DNA of 64,000 nucleotides from Podospora anserina (Eukaryota): NCBI GenBank assembly GCA_017654855.1, contig CM030337.1, positions 2,790,001 to 2,854,000 of the forward strand, read 5' to 3'. Shown piece by piece: positions 1 to 12,700 of this stretch (position 1 is its first letter; each line of letters starts with the position of its first letter). The notes under the pieces were generated by a model. It saw only the letters and a program-made list of their open reading frames with translations, ran no database searches and was not told where the DNA came from. The position numbers and the translations under genes were made by a program.

Positions 1-15
1 ATGATGACTACCTAG

Positions 16-2016
16 ATTCCTATGGTGTTCAAGCGTCTTGGGCCCTGCACCAAGGGGGAAGAGGAGCTGGAGGACTTCCGCGATGCGCTTGACGCTTTCA
101 ACAAGGACGCAAAGCGATGCGCCGCTCTCGCCACCGAAACTCGCGAGGCATTCACAAAATGGGGCCTGATGGTCGGCGAGCTGAATGCCTGCACTGAAGC
201 GGAATCCGGGAGAGCGTCGATTCAGAAGGACGCCATCAAGATTGACGAGGACGTGGCCAGGGTTCGGGCTCAATTCGAACGAATACAAGAGAAAACGGCG
301 GTGGAGGAAGTAAAAGCGGCCGAAGTGGCTCTCAAGCGAGCCGAGAAACGTCTCGACACAGCTATCGACAAAATTCCCGGGCCGCTGGAGAACCTTGTGA
401 CAGGTATTGTAAATGGGTACGTCTCGGCGATCCCCACCATCGTCTCTGCCGCTATTCCGGCCATTATGGCCAGCGTGAGTCCGGTGGGTGCAATGACTTC
501 GGCAATCTCCTCGGTGAAGCAAGGCGTCGGCGCTGTGTTTCCTGGCGGCCACGCGGGCGCAGTCCCAGAATCAGCAATCACAGCCCCCGCAGTGCTAAGA
601 GACCCCTCATACGCGGCAGCTATCGCGATTCGCGACTTGGTCAACCACTACTATGAGTATCTTGGTGGCGAGACTGGCGAATTTGATCAGTCGAAGTTTG
701 TCGAGCATGAAGAGGCTGGGGCTCAGGGGATTCCCCAAGGAGTGTCATACTTTCTTGGGACCCTGGAAGGGCAGCAAGCCCAGCTGGAGTCCACAAATAC
801 TGCTGCCAACAAAAAAATGCAGGCTGTGTTCAGCACACTCATCAAAGTTGGTTGAATATGCCCAGGTCTTGCAGTTGAAACGCATCGTGCACTGACACTC
901 CACAGGTGACCAAGGACATTCGGACGCACTTGAGGGAAGGCGAGAATGGCATGTCTGATGCAAGGTTACCGGCTGACAGCCTGCGGAAATGGAAGAAGAG
1001 CGTCAAGAAAGCCCAGCAGGATGTCCTCCGCCTGAGCGTGGCTGGAAACACAGCTAGCTCTACCAATGTGCCGAATCCCTTTGCAAACATCAAAGTCAAC
1101 CCAGTGGACACCTCAGCCCGTAAGACTTTCCTATCCGTACTCGCAATGCGTCCCATCCTGACCCAAAATCACAGAGACTGCCCAGCTCAACTCAGCCATG
1201 CAAGCAGTCCAGCTGGCTCAGTCAGCGGCCGACGCCAAGCAAGACGCATACGACAGTGCCCTGATAAAACAAGCCAGGACCGCAGCAATGATGGTTGAGA
1301 TCCAGCAAAAGCTCACTCGACTCCAGGCGCAGGGCCGAACACTCGAGGAGATCAAGTCGGTTCTCCGCAGCTGTATCTCAATCCTGGTCGACCTCACGGT
1401 GCAGATTGCCAAGATCGAACAGTTCTTCACCATGCTGAGCACGGTCATCGACGAGATCATCCTGGTGCGCGCTGCCGAGTTCACGACCGAGATGGGCAAG
1501 GCCGGCCGGCGTGCCAAGGTCAACGGGCGGCTCAAGGTCGATGATCTATCAAAGCAGACCATCTACACCGCGACGCTACAGCTCAAGGGCTACTTTTCAG
1601 TCTTGCAAGACATCAGCTCCATGTACAACCGAGTAGACAAGCCCCATGTACGCGACGGTCTGGACCTTTGCAGCGAGCTGTCCAAGGGCGCGGCTCTCGG
1701 AAATGGCACAATGGAGATGCAAGATCGGTTGACCAGATACATGGAGGGGTCCGGTGCGGCCGTCGCCAGGATTGTGAAGGAAAAACAGGAAGAGCTCACT
1801 CTTGGTCTTCGCAGGCGCATCGATCAGGCGGCAAAGACAGCGCTCGAAATGGAGAGGGCCATTTCCTCCCATGGGCTTGTTGTGGATCAGGAAGCGAAGC
1901 ATGCCATCCAGGCTGGTGCTGAGACGGCCAAAGAGGATGCGAAGAAGCAAATAGAGGCAGCCATGTGGGCAGGCGAGAGAGACAGCTCAGAAGAAATTGA
2001 CGGAAATGACTGGTGA
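16..2016 (+). CDS. 3' part of a large alpha-helical/coiled-coil protein with a hydrophobic hairpin (uncharacterised; possibly alpha-pore-forming-toxin-like); starts upstream of the window
   Basis: ORFs 22-855, 906-1298 and 1198-2016 join through GT-AG introns at 847-905 and 1120-1174. Probable acceptor (..cctag) at 15. Long heptad helices flank the hydrophobic segment LVTGIVNGYVSAIPTIVSAAIPAIMASVSPVGAM. Confidence 0.8.
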
Positions 2017-2434
2017 TGGAAACAGCGTGAAGACATTTATGAATCGTACCTAACTGAAAAGTTCCATATCAAACTCGCCCGTGTCAGGGAGCTGGGAAGG
2101 AGGCTTCTGTGGGTAACTAGCAAGTCTCGGCCATGTTTAAATTGAATGAGTGGTGGCCCCCGGCAGAGGTGTGTTCCCATGGGAGGGTGTAGCGGTAAAC
2201 CAGCACAGACTACTAGTCAAAAGTCGGGCTTGCATGTCACAGAGGTCGACGTGGCGTCATGGCTAATCACCGGCCGCCAGTGGGGAGAATCTGGGCCTCG
2301 GCATTTGGGTATCAATGGGACATGATTGGATCTGTTACCTGCCCTGGCACTGGAACTCTATCAAGGTCCCCATCTTCCTTCTTTTACCTTGGTTGCCTCT
2401 AGGCTGGACCCTATTTCTCCTCGACACTCTCGTC

Positions 2435-3159
2435 ATGTCAGAACCCGAGCAAGACTACCTCCTCCCTGACGAATGGAACGGCCGCGTGGTCTACCTCTTC
2501 AGCGAATCCACAGGCAATGTCCTCGATCTCCATGGCGGTCTGTCCCCGCCCCAATCGCCTGAACAGCCCTTCAGGAACTGACATGTTACCTCAAAGGGCA
2601 ATCTCACAACGGAAACAAAGTCCAAGGGTGGCAATACCTAGGTAGCAAGGCGCAGCAATGGCGATTGCAAAAAGTCGATTCAGGGCCTTTCGGGGCTTGG
2701 GTTCTTCACAATGTTGCGTCTGGGAGTATGTTACGTTCACCTCACTACCTGGATTGGTGTTAAGGTTGCTAACGGCTGTCTCTTGAAGCTGTACTGGACC
2801 TCGACGGTGGTAGTCCAGATGACTGCACCAAAATAATGGGGTGGAAGTATTATGCCGGAAACGGAAATCAGGAATGGTTGATCATTACCAAGAAGTATAA
2901 CGACGGGTCACAGTGCATGTGAGTGACGGTTGAGAATTTCGGTGTGAGTTCGACTGACTGACAGAGGGAAAGACTCCAGAACAGGAATTCTTTCACTGTG
3001 GCTGACATGTCGGAAGGAAAGCGGGATAATGGGTATGGCTTCAGTTAGTTTTCCAGTGATGGATCTGTTTTGACAAAGAAAAATCGCAGAAACCCTGTTA
3101 TTGGCTATCAGAGAGAGGCTTGGAATAAGAATCAGTTGTGGAGGATGAAGATTGCGTAG
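2435..3159 (+). CDS. Ricin B-type (beta-trefoil) lectin, 5 exons, no signal peptide
   Basis: Manual splicing (introns 2538-2596, 2726-2788, 2919-2972, 3033-3089) gives three repeats: VLDLHGG..NGNKVQGW..AQQW, VLDLDGG..TKIMGW..NQEW and VADMSEG..NGNPVIGY..NQLW. These are three QxW motifs. Confidence 0.85.
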
Positions 3160-3397
3160 AACACCGCGGGGTGTGACATACCTACAAGGGAAACGCGTGG
3201 ACGAGAATACGCCATCAATGGCCAAGAAGCCGCCGGAAGAAAGTACAGGGAAGAAGAGGACGACCGGCATATGCTGAAAGGGAAACAGGCAGGCTCACTT
3301 CTTGAGTCATTGCCCCAGAGCAATTCTCCATCACATCATGGTCTAGCTTTTACTGATCATCTCTAGAACCTTTCACCCCTGAACCCCCCTCCCCAAC

Positions 3398-5163
3398 TCA
3401 CATTCCCCAATCCCTCAAAATCCTGTAAACCAGCGCAGTAGTCCACCCCCTACTGCCAATCCTCTGCTTCTGCACCCGTCCATAAGAACAAAAATCCCCC
3501 GCCGGCCACCCCCCATCCCCCTCCTGCATCCCCAACAAACTCTCCAAATCCCTCTGCACAAACCCCCTCCCCAGCCCCAAAAGCTGCCAAGCCCTCACCC
3601 TCATCGCCAAAGCAAGCGCATTTATAGGCACATTCAACCTCTCCCTCAACGCAGCTTCCAGCTCCCCCTTCAACTCCCCACACAACCTCGGCGAGGAGTC
3701 CCTGCACTCATCACACAACATGGCCAGGTAGTACAAGAAACTCTCTGGGTGGGGGTAGAACCTATTCCCATAAACATTCGCCCGGTACCGAAGGCAATCC
3801 GCCACCAATTTTTTGGAGGGTTCGATCCTCTCGTCGGTGACGTCAAGACTAGGGAGGTCAGGGATTTGGCCTGATGAGAAGAATTTGTTCAGACAGCGGA
3901 GGACAGAGACGCAGACTTCTGGGCTTACGCGGCCGTGGCGGTCGGGGGAGAAGTACGTCTCGAAGTGACCGTCCTTGTTGCGAATGGCGAACATCGCTTC
4001 TGCGATTAGAGATGGGGGCGAGAGGAGGTGGTAGTTGGGGTGGGAAGGGGTGATGGTGAGGTAGGCGATGGAGGTGGTTTCAATGTCGGGAGGGAAGGTG
4101 GTTGTTGTTAGGATGGGGGAGGAGTGAGTGAAGTAATTCCAGAGGGTGGGTTTGACTTCGAGGTGGTGCAAAGAAGGGGAGGGCGAGGATGGAGGGGATG
4201 TGGATGAGGATGGGGGCGAAGGGGCGGGTGAGGGTGAGCAGGAAGCATCGGATATGGGGGTGGGGCTTGTGGTGTCCATCATGTCTGCCTCTTCTTGGCC
4301 CCTGGTAATAATACCATCTGGCCAGGTAAGGTACACAATGTCCTCCATGCCGGTCAGTCCCCAGATCATGAGCTGGGCAAAGTTGTCTTTCAAGACGATA
4401 TCGTCCTTTCCCGGCATCGAGATGACAGAGTCAAGCTTGCCAGCGTGCATGTGCAGGAAACGCTCAGCACGGAGAGAGGCGTCCTCCAGGAGTAGGTTCC
4501 TGACAATGTTGAAAGCTCGGGTTCTCTGGTCTGGGTCTACAATCTCTCCACGTAAACCCAGCAGTCGTCCAGCACAGATGTTCTCGGACTTGTCATCCAG
4601 GTACAAGGTGGTGGATGGGTTGCAGCCCGTCTCTTGAATGACATGGCGATAGAAGGAAAGATCTGGCTTTCGCATGCCGGCGTCGAAGGAGGTGAAGATC
4701 CTGTCAAAGACGGGCCATGGGAAGGAAGGAAGCGCTTGGACGATGTCCATGTGTTCCTTGGCGATGTTGGACATGGCGTAGATTTTGAGCGGGCGGGCTC
4801 CCTGTGCCTTTGCTGCGGCAAGCTCATGGATCAAAGCCAATGCTTCCTTGTTGACTCGCAAGGTTGACTGGGCTTGGTGTAGAGCTAGCTGAACAAGTGA
4901 CGGGTCGACACCAAAATCCATCCCAAGTTTCTAGAGAATGACAAGTTGGTAAGAACAGGTCAAAGGGTTGAAAGGGGGGCATGTACCGTGTACGCCTCAT
5001 CAGTCGACATGCTGTCTTTCTCCAAGTCATGCCAGGTCGCGGTGTGCATCATAAGGTGGATTGTCTTCCGAGGAAGGGCAGTAACAGCTGAAGAGTCCCA
5101 GTCGAAGAGGACACCGCCAATGTCGAAGATGACAGTGTCGTAGGTGTTGGGTGCCATCTTCAT
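3398..5163 (-). CDS. HAD-like hydrolase fused to a class II-type terpene cyclase domain (AstC/drimane synthase-like)
   Basis: Intron 4931-4986 joins ORF 4960-5163 to ORF 3398-4921. HAD motifs VIFDIGGVL, YAMSN, GMRKPD and LDDKSEN. C-terminal FPPDIETTS (DxDTT-like) and QW-like QEGDGGW. Confidence 0.8.
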
Positions 5164-6256
5164 CTCCAGTGGTGATTGGAAAGGTTAAGGAAAGAGTATG
5201 GAAAGGTCAAGAAAGGCGTCTCTTCAAGTAGGTCAAGGGGAGTGTTTAAAAAGCGGAAAAGATGCAAGCAGACTAGCGGAATCCTAACCCCTGGGATGGC
5301 AAGCTATGACATATCTGAACACATATAAGTACTCGTTGTGCCTACCAGACCGATTGACGACTAGAGGCTATGCTCTACACCGCCATGCCAGTCGATCATG
5401 TAGGTCCAGCGATCGTGGGCAGGTATCTTCCATCATGATGACCGAAAATTCGAGTCCGAGCTGTCTTGATCCAGGATGCGATACAAAGTTGGCATTGCAC
5501 TGGTGACACGGCAGAGACAATCCGACCCGTCGGTCTGGTATAAGACTGGCAACATCGGCCGGAGCCTCCGGTCCGGAGGGTGGGAATGGCTACACTGGCT
5601 GAGCCTAGGCAATGATAAAGGGTTTAGCTTGATATCCTGTGTGCGTCAAATCAGACAACGCTAGGTAGGTAACTGGTCCAAAAGTCGATGCTGTGGGATA
5701 CCAATGCTACCACAAAGACCTAGTGCCGATGAACCATGCATGTATGCTAGGCTTGCTTGCGATGCTGTAGTAAGATAGCACAAGGAAAGTCCGAGGAAGC
5801 AAACTAGATAGGAGAACGAAACATGCTGAGCTTCCGCATATATTGGCATTTTCACTGTTACACGGACCCAACGGGCTGACAGGGCGCATGCCAAGGGCTC
5901 GTCGCAACCTACCATCCATGATATATACACCTGAGACTGCGTGGTCCTGCTCGCTCAAAAAAGCAAAACTCTCAAGCCAGGAAAGATGATCTGATGCTGC
6001 TGACGCGTCAGCCGGGATTTCATGGACAAGTAGGAAGAAGAAATATCTCAAATGTCGAAGGTGGTTGGCGATAACACAGCAGTTGCATGGCTGTGTGAAA
6101 AGTACCTACATCTTATATACCCAAGGTCACGGTGAAACAAGCAGATGCCACCACTAAGACTGGTGTGATTAAGAAGGCACAAATGGAGAAAATAAGCGAC
6201 GTCATGGTCACATTTGTGGCAGAAAAGAGAAAATATTTGAGAAAGCAGGAAACCCT

Positions 6257-6685
6257 TGTTACAACCTGCCAAGACATGTCAGCGTTGTAAGCTCGTGACT
6301 ACGGTTGGTTACGACACCACGGCAAGATATGAGGTCAGGAGTAACCACAAGACAATTGACCACAGGGCAATGGCATCAAGACAAATAGCACAGGACCTAC
6401 GGGCAGGAGGACACTGGATAACCAGGTGGTAATGGCACCTGGGATGGCAACAGGCCGAGGCCCGTTGCTTAAGAAGTATTTAGGAGCAGCGAGTCTACCC
6501 TCGCAACTCACACCAGTCTCTACCTAGACAGCTTTCAATCTAAGTCTTCATCTGATTCTCAGAGAGAGAGGCATCAATCCTTACGCCACCCTTATTGCCC
6601 AGTGCACCCTAACTTTCTGCCAACATAAACCCTGCACCAACAGAATCTTACCCTAACGCACCAGAGTAAGAGTCTGGGCGTAACA
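6257..6685. mobile_element. Probable solo LTR of a retrotransposon (~429 bp)
   Basis: Starts TGTTAC and ends GTAACA (perfect 6-bp inverted termini, TG..CA). No ORF; internal TATA-like AGTATTTAG. Flanks ACCCT/CACCT are not a perfect target-site duplication. Confidence 0.55.
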
Positions 6686-7467
6686 CACCTCAGCATGAGA
6701 ATATGGAACGCCCGTTCCTGACCTGCAGCAACCCAATCACGCCATGCCATGACATTTTTTCATCCAGGTCAGGGCTGCAAATTCTCTGCTCCCATATGTA
6801 CCAGCAGAACAACCATCGCGTTCACGTTTTCGGGATCCCAACCCTTCTAACTTCCACAGTAGCCGACTTCACTTTCTGATGCTTTGCCTTACTTGGTAGG
6901 CATCACATTTGAATTCAGGCCCGTGTCTCCATGAATTTTGGAAAGAGATTTGATGAGAAAGTTTCCTATAACCTGCTTACCATGTACTCTGACTGTGATG
7001 GGACATTGCTCTCATATCTTGCTAGCAAGTGGTTTATCCAGATATCCACCGCGTTTCCAGCCGCACCACCAAGCCTTGGTTCGCGGAATTATTGCGCCTC
7101 CGACAATGACAGGTGATGTTTTGAGTCTAGCGCCTATCACACCAGCGTCAAATATCCTGTTGTGAGCTCAAGTGGGCTTTCGTTCTTTGTTGTATGCTGA
7201 CGAATTTCCCCGCCCCCTCAGAGATTGTAGGTCTGCGTCGACTCACGCCACCGCGTGTCAGCTCGCGCCTTTCTTTCCGCTATCCAATCAGGAGCCGTCC
7301 GTTAGCCCATGACATAGGCACGATTTATCAACCATCTATTTCGGTCGGCCTGATGTGAACAAAGATGTCGGGTGTTGTACAAGGCCTACAAAATCTGCTG
7401 GAAGGTCAGATGAGCGACACCACCAAGAGGCTGCAGCATACACCTTGATCTCGTCCAACCTATCAAT

Positions 7468-8232
7468 ATGAAACTCAGCAGCATCTTCAGCCTGGCGGGA
7501 CTTGTTTCCCAGACCACCGCCATAACCTGGAACGTCTCCGTCGGCAAGAATGGCCTCACCTTTGAGCCCAACGAAATCCGAGCCGGAGCTGGCGATATTA
7601 TTCAGTTCATCTTCTGGCCCAGAAACCACAGCGTGGTAGCGGGGGAGTTCACCAGGCCCTGTATTCCTCGTCTCACTGGCGGCTTTTGGTCAGGTTTCTT
7701 CCCCACTGCGGTAGATACCATCAATGTAAGCTCCCGTTTCGATTCTACTCTCCGATATTAGCAACTAACCGTTTTTCTCCAGTCCCAACTCTTCCGCGTC
7801 CAAATCAACAGCTCAGAACCATTCGTCTTTTACTGTTCTCAAAACAACGGCCAGCACTGCAAGAACGGCATGTTCGGCATCATCAACCCCGGCGTGACAG
7901 GCATCACCACTCTCTCCAGCTACCGAAACCTTGCCGCGGGGGCAGGCAACGCCACTTCGCCAAGGGTCCCTTCCTTTGGGGGCCAGATTGTGGAGAATCC
8001 CAACACTTCTGTGCCGCCGAGCTCGTCGACCTCGACTTCCTCTGCGGCGACAAGCACTGTTTTGACTAGCACGAGCACCATCACGAGCGGCACTGTGACT
8101 TCTGCTACGACTATCACCTCCACTAGCACTGGCAGCAGCACGTCAACGAGGACTGGAAATGCGGCTGCCAGGACGGGTGCACCTGTTGCGGCGCTGGTAG
8201 TTGCTGGAGCTGCAGCTATGTTCTTTGTTTGA
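7468..8232 (+). CDS. Secreted cupredoxin-like, Ser/Thr-rich, probably GPI-anchored cell-wall protein
   Basis: Signal peptide MKLSSIFSLAGLVSQTTA; intron 7726-7782; NHSV and YCSQNNGQHCKNGM (type-1 Cu ligand pattern); S/T-rich stalk; hydrophobic C-terminus. Confidence 0.85.
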
Positions 8233-8497
8233 GTCAGGTGTGATGATGGTGGCGATTGCGTGATGCTTGGGGGGTGTCCGGATGGGGCTATGCCGCGGTT
8301 CGGACATAAGTTCAAGTTCTTTGTTTGACATTTTGTTGTTGTGGTTATTATTGTCAGCTTGGGCGGTTTACCCCTGAAACATTACTCAGGGGCACTATTT
8401 TGTACGCAACTGCATCAATATGAATCTTGTGTCTTCTTTCGGACACCCCCATCCAACTACCAACATCCACATTGCCTGCCAGACTTTAACAAATCTC

Positions 8498-9445
8498 TCA
8501 CGTCTCACCCAACTGTCCCGGCCCCTTCAACACAGCATCCCACGGAAAATCCTCCGCATCAAAAGCCTCAAACCCATGACAAACCGAGTCCCCCAACCCT
8601 GTCTTCCCATCCAGCAGTATCGGGTCATCCCTCTTTCCGATCAACCTCTGCGCCAACCACCTTTTTGGATCCAAGCTGAATTTCACCACAGGCTTAACCT
8701 CGACCTTCATCCAAAACGGCTCTCCCGGCCTCGGCAGGGTCAGCAAAACCACCCCCCGAAACGAGCGGAATATCCCCCCTTTGCTAACAGGGTTCTCAGC
8801 CATATCCCACGCTACCGAGTTCGCGCCCTCGTCATGGTCGTCGTCTTGAGCTAGATACCCGTGCAGCTCTGCCTGGCCTTCTTCCATCTTGGTCGTTTCC
8901 TTGGCCCAGCGGGGTGTGACGCCGACGGAAGGGCCGAGGCCAAAGGGGGTGTCGAATAGGGTCAAGGGAGCGGCGATTTCAAAGGTGTTGGAGTTTGTTC
9001 TTGCTTGTGGGGGGCCGATGATGGAGACGGGGGCGAAGTTGGAGATGATGGGGTCGTAGCTTGGGGAGGCTGAGGGGAGGGAGGGTTTGGATGGGGAGGT
9101 GGTGTGGGTGAAGGTGAGGGTTATTTCTGCCGAGGAGAAGCGGGAGGTGGAGTTGGTGGGGAAGCGGAAGGCGAAGTCTAGGGCTAGGAGGCAGGAGGGG
9201 AGGGAGTGATAGGTGCCGTATTGGACGTGGCGGAGGTAGGCGGTGTAGGAACTGGGGGAGAGGGAGGAATGGGTCGCTAGGGGGCGGTTGATGCGGGAGT
9301 TGTTTGTAATCGCGAGGGTTGGGGGAACAGAAGGGTCGGGAATAAGGGGGGAGGTGATGGCCCAGGGGGAGGTGGAGATTTCTTCTTGTTCGGGGGTTTG
9401 GGAGTCATGGTCGAGGTCGTGAGGGGAGGAGTCTGGAGAGGCCAT
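8498..9445 (-). CDS. Uncharacterised 315-aa predicted beta-rich protein, divergent from the CHAT protease gene
   Basis: Intact ATG-to-stop ORF. Alternating beta-strand patterns (LLALDFAFRF, SAEITLTF, VAWDMAEN, FWMKVEVKP) and DDPILLDG near the C-terminus. No signal peptide. Confidence 0.85.
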   Translation of the reverse strand: MASPDSSPHDLDHDSQTPEQEEISTSPWAITSPLIPDPSVPPTLAITNNSRINRPLATHSSLSPSSYTAYLRHVQYGTYHSLPSCLLALDFAFRFPTNSTSRFSSAEITLTFTHTTSPSKPSLPSASPSYDPIISNFAPVSIIGPPQARTNSNTFEIAAPLTLFDTPFGLGPSVGVTPRWAKETTKMEEGQAELHGYLAQDDDHDEGANSVAWDMAENPVSKGGIFRSFRGVVLLTLPRPGEPFWMKVEVKPVVKFSLDPKRWLAQRLIGKRDDPILLDGKTGLGDSVCHGFEAFDAEDFPWDAVLKGPGQLGET

Positions 9446-9731
9446 GTTGAGGGAGGGGCAAGCGGGGGTGTACTTTTGGGAGAAAGTCGTGGCCGAGATG
9501 CTCTTGTGGCGGGTTAATGTCGAGGTGGGTGTTGTGGCGATTGGGATGAGTTATGAAGCATGAATGCTCAGAGTGAAAATAATGTGCGGTGATATGCAAT
9601 AGATAAAAGGAAGGTGCGAGGTTCGCGGCTGCCTCAGTTGTGGTGCGGCTGAGGTGTGCCCGTGATATCCCCGCACTACCATTTTGTGTTACATTTCTTC
9701 ACTCTTCCATGCAACAAAATAACTCAACTAA

Positions 9732-12700
9732 ATGGAGCAACATATCGAGGAAACAAAAGCCACCATCCGAGGTCATCGATCACGAGGAACATTCGCAGAA
9801 GGCCATGAGTTCATCAGGGCCCTGCCCGAAGAGATCCGGTCTCTCCCGAGCGTTACAATCGAAATTGCCCAACTTTACCTGGTTCAGGGTCGGTACACGT
9901 TGGCCGCAAAAACATGTGAAGATCAACCATCGGCCTCTGGCGAGGAGCGTGCTGTTCTTGACCTTCTGCAGGCTTTCATCGGCATTGGGAGATACTCGAA
10001 GCTCAGGACGGCGCTGAGGATTGCACAAGAGATTGGAGAGGCGTGGCATCTCACCGGCCGAGATGAGGAATCCGAGCTTTCCCAACAGCTGCAAGCCGTG
10101 ACTATCAAAGACTCGGAAGGGGAAGCTTCTCCGTTAACAGAAAACAGAGTTGGTACGATCCCGCTTGCGATACTTTGTTCCTATCTAACCTCCTGTCAGG
10201 TTCTCATGGTCCATTGGTACTGGAAGATCCAAGTGGTTGCCGGCGAGCAGGGACTGCTTCATGATAAACAGACCAAAACTGCGGCTGTGGCCGGTCTGGC
10301 CCCTGTCCTGCGACAAGTCCTATCAGAGGGTCGCTTTCGGGAAGCCAGGTTTCTCATCTACTCCAAGGCACATCTCCTGGAGGATACCGACCAGGCGATA
10401 GAGGAGCTGTGCGACTTCCTCGAGTACTTGACAGATCCAGCATTCATCATCGAAAGGGCTTTCACCCTGGTAGACTTGGCCGGCTTGCAGTTGAAGTCAG
10501 ACAGCGAAGCTGTGCTAGCTCAAGCGGCGGAAAACTTCAAGCTCGCCAAAGATATATTCACACAACGTGGCCATACATTTGGTAATATCGACATTGATCT
10601 GCTTCAAATCTCTGCCGACAAAACCATCTCAGCGGGCGAAAGGTTTCTGGCCAAGACCAAGATTGCCGATCGTTACTTTGAAGTCCACCAGTATCAAAAC
10701 GGCATCCGCTGCCTCGCGGTAGCCATTTCACCGGACATGATCGTTGACACCTACTATGAGGACGTCGTCAGGTCCCTTGAGCTGCTGGACCGGATGATCA
10801 ACGAGTGTGGCAGCGAGATATTGAAGCAGATATCCCTGCTCCATTCCGTCTGTCAAGCAAGTCTCAAGGCGCCAGAATACGGATTTGCCTTGCAGTCTCT
10901 GGAGTCCTATTTCTGCAACGTACCAGAGGAGATCAGCCCCAAGTTTCACTCGTACATGGGTGTCATTCTGGGCTCGGTGTATTCCAAGTTTGGGGAAACC
11001 GAAAAGGCCGTCCGGGTTACAAGGCAGGCTTTGGAGATTTCCATGTCATGTGCGTCCTACGTTGACCAATCTGATGCAGCAACTCAGGTTGGGCATCACA
11101 TGTTGAGCTTAGCTAGGGAACATCCCGAAGGGTCGGAAGAGTTCATGGAGATGACCTCCTCTGCTGTGGACTTTCTGAAAGAATGGGCAAACAAGGATGC
11201 TGAGCACGGTCATGCGGATGGCGAGGCATTGAAATGTCTCTTCATCGCCGAATGGGACAGCGACGGCCAAAGGTGGATGGAACGGGTCAAGAAACACATC
11301 CCTGATTCAGCTGATGCTCTGGCAAGGATTCCGGTTGTGGATTTGGAGCTGCGTCTTCTCATGCGTCAAGGAAGATTCTCCGATGGCCTAGCACTCTCTA
11401 CTCAACTTGTGGAACAGCTACAGAGGCTTACAGATGTGCCGCCATTCAAGAAGGCGCAGACACTTTTGAACGCTTGTATTCAAGCCTTCGTTTGTGTTCA
11501 GAGTACCTTTCGTCAAGACAAAGCGTTGGCCCTTGAGGAATCCCAGTCGGCCGTGAAGCTTCTTTGGGCCGCCTTGCAGCACTCGTACGATGCTCTACAG
11601 TTATACCGGCAAGCGAACGGGGTTGAGCTGGTCGTTGACTGCACCCTCTTTGTATGGGAGATCATAAACTTGGCTGTACTGACAATGTCGGATGATGGAC
11701 GTCATGGACTGCTTACCGCTTTCATGGGGGATATGAGACAAACCGAAAGGCTTTGTGACAGCATGAGGCAAAGCGTATTGTCGGTTGCAGGACTCCAGAG
11801 TCTCATGCATAAGAGATTTCTTGTGTCAAAGAAGGCCAGCCTCAAACTCTACAGTGTCGCAGTGGAGCTTGCTTTGAAATTGCACGACCCAGCTGGCGCC
11901 TGGATTTGGTTGCAGAAAGGAAAGGCTAGAGCATTTGCCGATGCCCTGGGTGCTGACTGCATCCTCCCTCAGAGGCTCGTGGATCAGATCAACAAAGATC
12001 ACACCGCTTACGAACTCCTCAAGGCGGAGCAGAGCATTCTCGAGCTTCTTCAGGAGTCCAACGTCAACCATGTTGTTGCCTCACGCCGGTTGACAGCGTT
12101 GAAAAAGAAGATGGAAGAACATCCGCTCTTGGTCGAGGCCGCTAAGCTCAGAGGCCAGCTGTTGGATTTGGACCTTGGAACTGATGAGCTGAAACAAGCT
12201 CTGCAAGCAACAGGTCTCGCGGCTGATAGAGTCAAGTTTGTCGATTGGCATGTCCCTACGTTGGCCAACACTTCAAATCAAAACATTCGCCTCTTTGTAC
12301 GTCAGCTGGATGGCACCACCTACACGCAGCAACTGCCGCTCAACATTCATCAAGTAAAAGATTGGATAGCCAAGACCCTTACATATCCCGAGATGGCTAC
12401 GCCACCACTGGCAAGAAAGACTGGAAACCAGCTGCTCAAGAAGATGAACGGCTTGGTTGAAGGCTTGCTTGAGTTTACATCGGAAGGCGACCTGTTGATC
12501 CTATCGCCGTCTGGTCCCTTGAACAGCATACCATTGCATGCACTGGAAGTTGGCAAGCAGCCCTTGGTTGAGAGGAATCTTGTCGTGAACGCCTCCAGTG
12601 TTGCTACGCTTGGTCAGTGTCTGCTTCGGATATCACCAGCACCACCGACAGACGGACAACCTCGACAATCATACGGCGCCAAGTATTTTGCTGTGTACGA

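Noticed and set aside
1..15. ATG ATG ACT ACC TAG in frame with the first ORF as another editable stop
   Set aside because: More simply the 3' end of an intron (..TAG acceptor); the upstream sequence is not visible.
8498..9445. Calling the CHAT partner a canonical gasdermin (het-Q1/rcd-1)
   Set aside because: Size and context fit, but I could not recognise gasdermin family motifs; left unnamed pending a structure search.
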